From positions 93,870,001-93,934,000 of the forward strand of contig NW_024704743.1 of NCBI RefSeq assembly GCF_018977255.1: 64,000 nucleotides of DNA, in the 5' to 3' direction. This stretch comes from Callorhinchus milii (Eukaryota). Each line of letters starts with the position of its first letter. Position 1 is the first letter of the stretch. Under the pieces are notes generated by a model, which worked only from the letters and a program-made list of their open reading frames with translations, did no database searches and was not told the origin of the DNA. The position numbers and the translations under genes were made by a program. This document shows positions 40,030-51,369 of the stretch, piece after piece.

Positions 40030-40599
40030 GTAGATCTTCATCTTCATAAAAATGATACTTGACAAATTTGGTGTCCGTTTTATTTCTGCTTTTTCCACTG
40101 TTTCCACATTTTGATTCACTGCCTCAAGTCTTTCTGAACCTTTCACTTAGTTCTGATTGTGAGAAATGCAATGTTGGTTACCTTAACGGCAGTGGCACAG
40201 CCTTCCAACTATGGGGTTCCACACTGGTGACGTATCATTAAAGATACAATTTAAACTTATAAGAGTGACAAGGACACCAGTCTACCTGTGGAATGTTGAA
40301 CGTTCACCTACAAAATACAATTTGTAGTCTGTCTTGAGAGGCACTTTGAGGCATCCTCCCAATGTGAAAGGTGCTACATCAAATGGAAAGATTATTATAT
40401 TATTATTATTACATTATGGCAAAGATTAAGCTCTGAACGTACTGATGTACAGAATCATGCAATGTTACAGCACAGAACAGGCAAAACAGGACATCCATTT
40501 AATTGGCAAAATAGATGATAAAATGTTACAATTAGCACTTTCCACACCTTTTGTGAATATCACAAATTGGACCTCACTAATGAAAGCTTTTGTATATTC

Positions 40600-40860
40600 C
40601 CTTTTTTTGGTCAGCCGGATGTCTGACACATGCAGAAACTCATCATCATGCTTAAGAGTATCCAAACTATACTGAGAATTCCATGCATCCCACCTACACG
40701 TGGAAATTCCAGAGATAGATTGTTGGAATCGGGTGCGCACTCTCTTCGTGGATGGACGCACCTGCTTACCTAATTCCGGAAAGTATTAGGCACAGGTTGG
40801 CAAGAGCCAAGGCTTGACTCTGGGAGTCTAACAAGCTAAAACCGCACAGCTTGCCGTTGA
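40600..40860 (-). mobile_element. 3'-terminal fragment of the same non-LTR family
   Basis: ttttttggtcagccggatgtctgacacatgc...cttaagagtatccaaac...ttacctaattccggaaagtat is the reverse complement of the 20.0-20.3 kb element. Confidence 0.8.
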
Positions 40861-42012
40861 TCTCATATTTCTCATATTGATTTTCTCATATTGGTGTTCG
40901 TCTCCAAGAAGCCATCCATCTTAATCCCAAACTCTTGCTCTTTCCCTTTAATCATTATGAAATAAATCTAGTGCCTGGTGTTCTGAATATATTTATAGCA
41001 CCTTGGGACATCCTCCTGATGTGAAAGGCACTATATAAATACAATTTGCTGCTGTTCATAGAAAAATTCAGTTTCAGGAGCGGGAAGTTAGAAACCTCAG
41101 ATAGTTGATCATTATTGTTACACCTCCAGAATATTGCCTACTCTTGCCCTCACCCCACTTGTTGGTTCTCACATTTGCCTTCATAAACAGTCACCACACT
41201 TGCCTGTAATTAATTATCTCTGAAGCACTTTAAGATGCGATGACTTAATGAGGTGCTATAAAATTTCAAGTTCTTTCCCTCCATCTCTCAGAGCTCATGT
41301 GGTATTATTGTTCAGAATTGTCCCCTTCTACATACAGTATGATTCTATGATATTATGACAGAATTAATACTAGAGTCAGTATGATTTTATCATTCGGTAG
41401 TATATTTAGACAGAAATAAGCACGTTGGCTGATTGTTTCTGTGCTGGTATTAGTTCCCCAACTGGAACTTTCTGCTTGAATCTCATACAATTGGGCTTCC
41501 CAATACTTTTTAAGTTATTGTCCTGCAAGTCTTTATCAAATCCATTTATTTACCTTTTCTGTTTGTTTAATAACAATGAATGAGAAATTGTAATACAAAG
41601 TGGAGGTTCAAACATTTACAGATATTTGTTATAGTAAAAGTTTCCATCTCATGTCATGTAAAATAACCTTAATTTCTTCCACAGCCTCCAACATAGGCCC
41701 TCAGATGGTGAGAGAGCGAAAGAGAGAGAGAGTGTGAGAAAGGCCAGACCTAGTCAGTTACCATGGGAATAAGTGAGAAATACCAGAACCAAGCTGGAAG
41801 CGAAACAGCTTGAGTCAGTGGTGGAAGAGGCATTATTATTGTTCCAACTATTATCTGGTGTGAATGCATACAGAGTGGCTTTACGTACTCGTTCGGCCTC
41901 TGTGGCTCTTTCCTAGGATGCAGACTGGCAAATGGGTTGAAGAAGTCCTCAAATCAGAATACTGTAGCACAAATAGCAATCTCAGGTCAGTGTGACATGC
42001 ATGAAGTGTCCT

Positions 42013-43110
42013 TTATTTGGTCAGCCGGGTATCTGAAACATGCAGAAACCTATCACCACGCTTAAGAGTATCCAAACAAAACTGAGAGTTCCGTGCATCC
42101 CTCCTCCACATGGAAATTCCAGAGATGTTATTGGAATGGAATGCACACGCTCTCCCTGGAGAGTATTATGCACAGATTGGCAAGAGCCAAGAATTGGCTC
42201 CCAGCATGTGTGTTGGGGTACTGCTGGAGTCTAACTAACTAAAACTGCATAATTTGCCCATTGGAAGCAATGTCTGGCAAGCTTGCCCACTGTTTGTCCA
42301 GTTATGATCATCCTATTCGTTAGGGCTTTGCAGGGTTAACAGGAGCTTTGCGACAACTCAACAAGGTGAAAGGCACTATATCAAATGCAAGGATTTATCT
42401 CCCTCCCACGAAGGATAGTCACGAGTTGGTTATTTGACATCCAACAAGCACGGGTTTGAGCTCTCACTAGGTGGTAGATATGAGCTTCCTGGTGGGCAAC
42501 ACAGTTCAGTATCAAATGCGTGAGAGCATTGCCACCATCTTCCTGCACACAAGGTAGATTCCAAGCACCGGATGTACGAACACATATTCATGAACTTGGA
42601 CTCCAGGTAACGCATTCCAGCAGCTGTTGCTCCAAGGCTCAGAGTTTCCACATCAGCTATCTGACACACATCTGCTTTAAGTGTGGTGGAAGAACCTTTA
42701 CAGGACAGCCTGCGACATGCCAGGCAGCCTTGAAGTTCTCGAGATCCAAATCCAATGCTGCATACCAGGCTTACTCAGCACCAGCTACATTGACAGGGAG
42801 TGGGGGGCAATAGCTGACTCCACTTCTAGGATGCTCAGCAACAGGTTAGTGTAGGCCAGAGCCCTGCCTCTCTGCAGCCACTTTGCATGCTTTTCAAAAT
42901 TCCTGCTTGATCCTAGACGTTGCAAATGGGCCAGAGGAAGTCCCTCCACTGCATCGCTAGGAGCTCAGGTCCATAATGCAGGACTATTTGCACACATGAT
43001 TTATATGTTGCAAGTTTGACCTGCACGAGACTTTGCTGTCCTTGAAGAGAGACGAGCACAACCTTTGCCCCTTCTCTGCGCAATCCTTCAGGACAGTGTC
43101 CAAGCAAAAG
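42013..43110 (-). mobile_element. Second copy of the same non-LTR family (post-RT coding region plus 3' end)
   Basis: Minus-strand remnants AEKGQR...VKLATYKSCVQIVLHYGPELLAM, followed downstream by the shared terminus at 42340-42013. Confidence 0.65.
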
Positions 43111-43149
43111 TTGGTATTCACCACAGCCCCCGGGTACTGATAAGAATTA

Positions 43150-43527
43150 AATAATAATAATAAACCTTGCATTTGATACAGTGCCTTATCACGTCTTCGA
43201 GATGTCTCAAAGAGCTTCACAGGATATACTGTAAAGTGAATTGACTGTGTATTTGGGGGCGAAATGTGGCAGCCAATTGCGCACAGCAGTGTCCCACAAC
43301 AGTCACGGATTGAAGTGACCAATTTATTACTATTTTTTTGAAGGAACTATTACCCCCGGAAAAGCCTTCCACCAATCGACCAACAACTGGGTTCCTACTT
43401 ATTGCTAGGTAAACAGAGGCGTGTGGAGCAAGAAAACATACCCAACATTTCACTCTGCAGGGAATCGAACCCAGGTCTCTCGCTTGCGAGACAAGTGCTC
43501 TGACCACTGAGCTACAGGACTCCACTA
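43150..43527 (-). mobile_element. Long-subfamily SINE, full length
   Basis: Head-to-tail match to the family. Confidence 0.9.
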
Positions 43528-43857
43528 CATCTATGAACCAAATAGAGTATCCTTTTTAGTGGGAAACTGTGAATCCTGAGTCAGCAAAACCCAAGTAAAG
43601 CCCAGGAATAAACGGTCAGCTCACCTGTTCCAACCCATCCAATGTAGCAGGTGCACTTCTATTAGGCAAGTCCTTTTATAGGCAGGAGACTGTGTGACCG
43701 TGAAATAAAGATATGACTCCAAAGTAAAGTTGCAGTATTTTGTGTACACATTGACCTTCAAGTGTTTCTACATTGCAATACTCAAATGTCATGTTTGGTA
43801 AATAGTCAAAGATGCCAAAGAACAGCGTATTATGTAATTATGTATCTGCTTGTTTAC

Positions 43858-46030
43858 CTACATTTGGTTGGGGCCAAGAGGTAAGGGGGGGAAACGAATG
43901 TGACTTCTTTTTGTGAAGGATTTCTGTTGGAAAATGGAACATGTTTTTTGAAACTAGTGACAGCAACAAGCACAGCTAACTGTATCACAACAGTAGCAGT
44001 GCCACAACTCAAACCCAGGAGAAAATTTCCTTCTGCACTAGTGGGAATATTTCCACTTTCCAAATCACCGAGAATGAAAGAGTACTAAAGAACAACAAAG
44101 ATACAGCAACATGAAAACCAACAAAAAAACAACTTTTAAATAAAATTAAGCAGTTTGATAGATATTAAATGGGCACCAAAAAAGTTCTATGCATTCATTG
44201 TCTTGGAGTATAATCATAATAATAATACTTGCATTTGATGTAGCACCTTATCATATCACTGAGATGTCTCAAAGTGCTTTAGAGAATATACTGTAAAGTG
44301 AATTGACTGTGTATTTTGTGGGCGAAACATGGTAGGTTCCTTGATATCCAGGGCTGTTTTTGACCAATAAATTTCAAATTGTCTGAGGTAAATAACGTTA
44401 CAAACTTTACATACTGTATAGTGTACTATTTAAATTATGAACATTGCAATAAGCTGCAGTACATTTATAAAGCAAATAGCAGTGCTGCTGAGCCTGGAGA
44501 AAGTGAATGTTGGAAAACCCAAGCTCAATGATGTTGCAGCCAAGAATGAACCTTCCCAATTAGGAACTGTTCCAAAAACTATTGGCCTCAGAACTGGGTG
44601 GAGGGGAGGGACAAGGGGGCTAATGAACGAAAATGCAGAAGTATGTTTCCGTCCCAACAACATAAAAAGCCCTATCACCATTACCTTGGTTATCAGTGTA
44701 TTTTAAGTGTTTTGCACAATTAGCTCCAATCCAGGTGGTTCCCAGTGCACAATTGCAGGGGTAAAAGTCCTCTGTTCTACCAGGTAGATAAGTGATGTCT
44801 ACTGTAGTGTTGGAGCTCAATGATCTATAGTACTTGCCAATCAATGATATGTCAACTAGGTGTCTCACCCAAAATATATAAATACAGAGGTAGCACACAC
44901 TATGAATCAAATTGAAAACCTTGCTGAGAAAATGTAAAAATGAGGATGGATATTATAGTTCAATTCCATGTGTGATTCCACTTCAGATGATATTGATAAT
45001 AAATGACAAATGTGTTTCAAAACGCTGAATGATAGGGAAGAAAATGGACATGATGGTTGCCTACACAATTCAGTTACTGCAATCTACAGTAAATCCTGTC
45101 AAGTACTTTGAGACGTGTGAACATAGTAACTATAGGTTTCTACAGGTAACATCTGCTGACAGTTGGAAAGATTATCACCTCACTGGTGGGCAATTTCCCA
45201 TTGTTGGTAAGCCTCGATTGTAGCAATGGGACTGCAGGGTTATTCCATTGTTTTGTTAGGTTTGAGAATTTCAGCCGAGGTCCTCAAAACAAGACATCTG
45301 CATCAATCTCAGTGTGTAACATGAGTACTGGAGCTGTTCCTCTAATGGGGGTAGGAGTGAAATGCCTTCCACAGGAGTCCTGTGGCTCAGTGGTTAGAGC
45401 ACTTGCTTTGCAAGCAAGACACCTGGGTTCAATTCCAGGCAGGGGGCGAAACCTTGGGCAAGTTTCCTTACTCCACACGCCTAATAATAATCCCTCCAAA
45501 ACCCCAAACAATAATAAATTGGTCATTTTCAATCTACGACTGTTTGTGGGACATTGCTGTGCGCAATTGGCTGCCGCGTTCGCCCACAAATATACAGTCA
45601 ATTCACTTTACAGTATATTCTGTGAAGCGCTTTGGGACGTCCTCCCGACGTGAAAAGCGCTATATCAAATGCAAGGATTATTATTATTATTATTATTATT
45701 ATTATCCATGACTTGTCCCTTCCATAGATGTATGGTTGCTGCTGATCGCCGAAGGCATATTCTAAACATCCTGATTAGCCTTGAGTGCTGTGCATGGGAG
45801 GACAGAGGCAAAGTGACAGCACCGAACAATTATCCTCCAACTAACCCAAATTCTTTTTATTTTTAAAATACTGGTGCATGACCTTTGCAAGAAGTAGGTT
45901 TGGACAGGCAATGATTTTTTTCCAAAAGTCTGAAATTGCTTGACTCCCTGTGCAGGGAGCAGGAGAGCTAAAGACAATCAGCCTGCTGGAACTACGATTT
46001 CTGGTTGTTTTTGATTCCAGTGTCAACCCT
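43858..46030 (-). pseudogene. Cluster of pseudo-exons from the upstream part of the decayed gene
   Basis: 44084-43858 is an open ag|..|gt segment (YSFILGDLESGNIPTSAEGNFLLGLSCGTATVVIQLAVLVAV...). 44850-44430 reads ..FYPCNCALGTTWIGANC/..HPVLRPIVFGTVPNWEGSFLAATSLSLGFPTFTFSRLS. The frame QQQPYIYGKGQVMEGISLLPPLEEQ is restored when the SINE at 45372-45704 is removed. Confidence 0.5.
45372..45704 (+). mobile_element. tRNA-headed Deu-domain SINE, young short subfamily, with a 4-bp TCCA target duplication
   Basis: Nearly identical to the 26.8, 49.9 and 53.7 kb copies. TCCA occurs at 45368-45371 and 45705-45708. Confidence 0.92.
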
Positions 46031-46536
46031 GCTTCTGTTTAATCTACAGTCAGTAGAGGCAAGACTAAAAACCATCAATTCTGCTGGTGAGTACCATACT
46101 AAATCCATTTTTCAATCTTGGAATTTAGTTACTGTACTTGAAGAAAATTCAAATTAGCCAGTGGTGCCCAATTATTATCAACTCTGGCAGCTAAGAACTC
46201 TTAAGTGTGTCAATAGTTGGCCACTTGCCTGATGAATAATGTAGATGTAAATGCTGGGCAGACTCCAAACTTATGTGTTGTAGTCAGAGAGATAGGAATA
46301 GTTTCATGTTCATAGTCACATCACTGTGGGGCAGCACTGAGTAGAGATCTGAATCACCCCATGCACCTCCTGGTAGCTAATGTCAGAACAGAGTCAGAAT
46401 GCAGATAAGAAAGAGCAAAGCTGGAGAACATACCTTGAAAATAAAAGTAATCAGAATAAACAAAATAAACTTACCTTAAACTCTATTCATCAGTTATAAA
46501 TGTGTCCTTAATGAATCCTTCTTGGATCTGTCCATG

Positions 46537-46794
46537 TAATAATAATCCTTGCATTTGATATAGTGCCTTATAACATCTTCGAGATGTCTCAAAGAGTTTC
46601 ACAGAATATACTGCAAGGGAAATGACTGTATATTTTGTGGGCAAAACACGGCAGCCAATTGCGCAAAGCAGTGTCCCACAAACAGTCGTGGATTGAGTGA
46701 CCAATTTTTCCAGAAAAGCGATTCGCCAATCGACTGATAATCGGTCTCTCGTTTGCGAGGCGAGTGCTCTAACCAGTGAGCTACGGGACTTCAC
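46537..46794 (-). mobile_element. Internally deleted SINE
   Basis: The head is joined directly to the 3' half. Confidence 0.8.
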
Positions 46795-46929
46795 TAATCA
46801 AGCATTATCAAAATGATTTGTAGTGTATTTGATTCAAATATTATCTTTCTTATTGTCTCATAAATTATAGTAATGCTTGCATTTGAGTAAGTGTAATTTA
46901 AGGAAACAAGTTATATTTTTATTGTGTCT

Positions 46930-47320
46930 TATCATAACTCCCTTGAGCCTCCTAAGTAAATATATAATGTATAAAAATCCGCTTTGGTTAACTATCAGTT
47001 AAACTTCCAGCAGTTATTTTCCAAATAATGTGGTTTGGATTTAGACTTGCTCATGCATCATTGTGAAATTGTTTGTTACAGTGATTTTGACATGATGGTT
47101 ACCATTAGCAGCTGGTCCATGGTTTCTTATTGTTCAAAGATGCAAACCTGAAGAATCCTGTAATTTATATACAATGATTCTTAACACCAAGTGACCAAAG
47201 CAGCGGGGTCAGAGCGCACAAATTGCTTGGCTGGTGATGGGTCCCCTAACTACTTCCTCATGGTCTTGTTCTAGCCGATGGACAACAGAGAATTCACCGT
47301 AGCTCATGTCTAGAAGAAGC
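46930..47320. repeat. Local duplication, copy 2
   Basis: Matches 29930-30341, but lacks about 17 bp that copy 1 has at about 30020-30037. Confidence 0.95.
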
Positions 47321-47763
47321 ATTTCCCTCACTGGAGGAACTCAAAGCTCCATGACACCTAACTGTAAACAGTTTCAGCTCTAAGTGTAAAGACAAAAATG
47401 GGATACACAGTGAAGCTCTTTGTACTTTATCATGACAAAGTACCTTAACACCATACCTTCTACTGCATCAATGTGAATGAGATTATCTATTGAAAATCAT
47501 TATGTGCCATGCTTCTATTTATTGTAAAATGACATAACTAATGAAAAATATTACAGAATGATTTGTAATTATAATACATAATTAAGGACAACTATATTCA
47601 ACAGATCATTGTTAACCCCTGGGTTAATAGCTCATTCTCAGATGCCATAATGATGCCCTCCAGAGTATCGGAGAGGAAGAAAAGCAAAATTTTGAAGTTT
47701 AAAGGCTTCAATGATAATTAGAATAGCATGACATCTTTGTTAGCTGTACGCTGGCATTGAGAC

Positions 47764-49712
47764 CTAGTGCCTCATGAGGCCTTCATGATAAAACTGGAAG
47801 CTTTGGGAATACATGGCAGAATCCTGGATTTTATCCAGAATGTGTACTCCAGCTCCAAGATTTGTGTAAGAGTTGACAGTGAACTTATTGAGTCCATCCC
47901 TCTGGAAAGTGGGGTAAGGCAAGGCTGCCCATTGTCATGTGTTCCTTTTCATTGTGTTCATCAATGACGCGTTGGATGCCATTGAGGGGGAAGGACGTAG
48001 TACATCTAAGCGGATGACACTAAACTAGGTGGGAGAGTAAGCTCTGAGGATGATGCAAAAAGATTGCAACGGAATATAGATAGGCTAGGAGAGTGGGCGA
48101 GTAGCTGGCAGATGGAATTTAATGTGGGGAAGTGTGAAGTTATTCACCTAGGTAGAAAAAATAGAAAAACAGATTATTTTCTGGAGGGGGAGAGATTAGA
48201 TAGTGTTAGTGTTCAGAGCGATTTGGGTGTCCATACACACCAGTCTCAAAAAGTTAGTTTGCAGGTGCAGCAAGCAACTAAGCAGGCGAACGGCATGTTA
48301 GCGTTCATTGCAAAAGGTTTAGAGTACAAGAGTAGGGAAGTCTTGCTGCAACTGTATAGGGCCTTGGTGAGACCGCACCTAGAGTATTGTGTGCAGTTTT
48401 GGTCTCCTCATTTAAAAAAGGACATACTTGCCCTAGAGGGGGTGCAGCGTAGATTCACTCGGTTAGTTCCTGGGATGAGGGGACTGATCTATGAGGATAG
48501 GCTGAATAAACTAGGGCTAAATTCTCTAGAGTATAGAAGAATAAGGGGAGATCTTATCGAAACATATAAGATTCTTAAAGGGCTGGATAAAGTAGACACT
48601 GAGGGTCTGTTTCCCCTGGTAGGAGAATCTATAACCAGGGGCCACAGTCTTAAAATTAAGGGTCAGCCTTTTAGAACAGAATTGAGGAAACATTTCTTCA
48701 CTCAGAGGGTAGTGAATTTATGGAATTCACTACCCCAGAAGGCTGTAGATGCTCAGTCCTTGAACATCTTCAAGGCTGAGACAGATAGCTTTTTAAAAAA
48801 TAGAGGGATTAGGGGATATGGGGATAGGGCAGGTAATTAGAGTTGGATCTGAAGATCAGCTATGATCTTATTGAATGGCGGAGCAGGCTCGAGGGGCCGA
48901 ATGGCCTACTCCTGCTCCTAATTCTTATGTTCTTATCTGTTCCAGGCCTCTCTAACAGGATTGCAGCACTTCTGTTTGCATATATTGTACTGCTGGCGGA
49001 CTCACCTAGGAACCTTCTGCACAGCACCTGCCATCTTGAACACTGGGCCAACTGGTGGGACATGGTGGTAGGTGCCTCCAAGTGCAGAATCATGGTTCTG
49101 CGCAACCCAAGGGAAGACATCGAGGGAATTGATTGTAAGATGCAAGGGGCATCAGTCCCAATTGTTGGCTCCAAGGTAACATGCCTGGCAATGGAATGTC
49201 GGAATCGAGCCAGGCCTTTCTAATATTCTCGATAGTCTGGTTCCTGAATTATGCAGGTCCGTAGTATTCCTGGGTACTGCTGATGACAGCACAGCCAGCC
49301 TGGCTCATTAATGGGACATGGAAGGACAGACCAGTCACTGGGGCAGGGAGTCATCCCATTCAGCTCCTGTTCACTTTGCAAGTCATAGCCCTAATGGGTA
49401 GGGTGGTCCTAGCTAGACAAGCAGCAGGGAAGCTTGTCAGATAGCATTATCAATGGCAAGCTATGTGTTTTCAGCTGGTTAGACTCCAGCAGTACCCCAA
49501 CGCACACTCTGGCCCTTGGCTCTTGCCAAACAACGCCTAATACTTTCCAGAATTAGGCAAGCAGGATGCATCCCTCCAGAGAGTGTGCAATCCATCAAAC
49601 TATCTCTGGGATTTCCATATGTAGGTAGAATGCATGGAAATCTCAACTTGGTTTGGATACTCTTAAACACGATGATGGTTTTCCACGTCAGGCACCCCAG
49701 CTGACCAAAAAT
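47764..49712 (+). mobile_element. Older non-LTR retrotransposon (RT core plus 3' end; not CR1/L2, clade uncertain), split by the CR1 insertion
   Basis: VPHEAFMIKLEALGIHGRILDFIQNVY...GVRQGCPLS/LFIVFINDALDAIEG|V|SVPGLSNRIAALLFAYIVLLADS...WANWWDMVVGASKCRIM. It is followed by the about 420-bp terminus also seen at 18.8/20.0, 40.6 and 42.0 kb. Confidence 0.8.
48010..48935 (+). mobile_element. CR1-clade LINE, 5'-truncated, with an uninterrupted RT C-terminal ORF and 3' UTR
   Basis: ADDTKLGG...WQMEFNVGKCEVIHLG...LYRALVRPHLEYCVQFWSP...TRGHSLK...FFTQRVVNLWNSLP. The 3' end is ggccgaatggcctactcctgctcctaattcttatgttctta. Confidence 0.95.
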
Positions 49713-49917
49713 AATCAAACATTCTGTATGTTAATTTGTTGATATCATTGTTCATATTGCTGTAATATATTTTCTATTAGGTTTTGTTAACTGGATATGT
49801 ATTTCATTATAGTCTGTATTATACTGACGGTGTGTAATAAACCTGAAAGTTAGGTATCAAAATGCTACAACTTTGAAAATCATGACACCTTGTGGTGATT
49901 CTGGAGCACAGCAATGG

Positions 49918-50243
49918 TAATAATAATAATAATAATCCTTGCATTTGATATAACGCTTTTCACGTCGGGAGGACGTCCCAAAGCGTTTCACAGAACACAC
50001 TGTAAAGTGAATTGACTGTATATTTGTGGGCGAACGCGGCAGCCAATTGCGCACAGCAATGTCCCACAAACAGTCGTAGATTGAAAATGACCAATTTATT
50101 ATTGTTTTTGGTTTTGGAGGGATTATTATTAGGCTCTGTGTGGAGTAAGGAAACTTGCCCAAGGTTTCGCCCTGCCTGGAATTGAACTCAGGTCTCTTGT
50201 TTGCAAAGCGAGCGCTCTAACCACTGAGCTACAGGACTCCACA
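49918..50243 (-). mobile_element. tRNA-headed Deu-domain SINE, young short subfamily
   Basis: Full head-to-tail reverse complement of the 26.8 kb copy. Confidence 0.92.
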
Positions 50244-51369
50244 AGTAGACTTCAATTGCGAGCATTTTCACATAAAGCTGCAAAGGAATTTCATACAATA
50301 CTTTTCTAAATTTCGCCTAATATACAGAATCCGCATTTAGCAAGCCAAACTGAAGCAAATTAACACAGAACATTAAAATGTTTAATTCAACAAGATCCAG
50401 TCACATTTCAAAAAGCAAAATAATTTGATTGTACTTTTGGGTAAATATAAAATTACAAAGTTTGTCATTAAATTATAGTAATCATTCATGTTTTTAGAAC
50501 AAGTCATGCAATTTTTAATTTATCTGATGTAACTATCACATGTCGTTCCTGGCAAACAAGCCACATCCAAACGGTCCCTATTGAGACGATCCCACCAAGG
50601 TGAATGCATTCCTTAAATTTTTCCTTAAGAGCAAAACAGAAAATAAATTTATGGCTAATTCAATTACCGAATAAAAACAATGTATGTTTCTTATATGACT
50701 GGATCTGGTACTTCTGCATTTTAAACACCATATTAATCCCAGCAAGTTTAGGAGTTTCATTGTGAAATGATGTAAGATAGTTCCCATTTGATTAGCCCAG
50801 TTCATCAATGCTCTGATTCATTTTGAACTGAGCATGCTTTTCCTGCAGTTACACCACTTTGCAATTATTGCGCATTGCAAATCAAATGAATACCTTGAAT
50901 CACTTTTTACACACACCTATATATATATATAAAAGGTTGATGACTGGGGGGGATAAAGGGGCTGTGTGAAGGTGGCAAAAGGCCCTCATTCAAGAGATTT
51001 ATTTTAAGAAACTTCGAAGCCTGAGACTTGTGTGATAAAGGGATTTGAGGAAGGAGTTTTAGAGCGGAAGCTGCCGCATAGTGGGGCAGAGAGACCAGGA
51101 ACTTGCAGCAGAACAAAGAAAGTGGATGTTAAAAAAAGCTTAGGCAACAAAACATTCAGCAGTGGAAATAAGGCAGGGACATTGACAAGCAATGTTTCAG
51201 ACATGGAGAAAACTAAGTGATATGAGAAGTGAGGAATGAAGTAGTCAGAGATAGCCATTATGAAAGTCAGTCAGTCAAGGTTGACAAGTTACTACAATTT
51301 AATACCTTGTAATCAAGCATCCTATATTAAATTGTAGCATTGAAGTATTTAGTAAACACAAAGATAGTG

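Larger units (their letters stand above)
1080..50810 (-). pseudogene. Putative decayed multi-exon gene: large membrane protein with repeated extracellular modules and a C-terminal STRA6/RBP-receptor-like region (outer limits uncertain)
   Basis: Many minus-strand, protein-like fragments with stops and frameshifts lie between the repeats, in a sensible N-to-C order. The best pieces are listed separately. Confidence 0.55.

Noticed and set aside
41757..41770. RFX X-box-like motif (gttaccatgggaat), with a similar site near 18710
   Set aside because: These are imperfect isolated matches with no promoter context.
44720..44770. EGF-like domain from CNCALGTTWIGANC
   Set aside because: Only three cysteines are present and the frame breaks immediately after, so it is kept only as part of the pseudogene candidate.
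48064..48840. 258-aa ORF as a domesticated gene
   Set aside because: It is a standard 5'-truncated CR1 ORF2 end with its own 3' UTR and no real start codon.
50578..50808. Signal-peptide first exon (MKLLNLLGLIWCLKCRS) of the fossil gene
   Set aside because: The position is suggestive, but there is no clear donor site or homology, so it is not supportable alone.
1..51000. EFCAB1/CLXN or SNAI2 exons expected from human synteny
   Set aside because: I found no EF-hand or C2H2 zinc-finger coding sequence on either strand.
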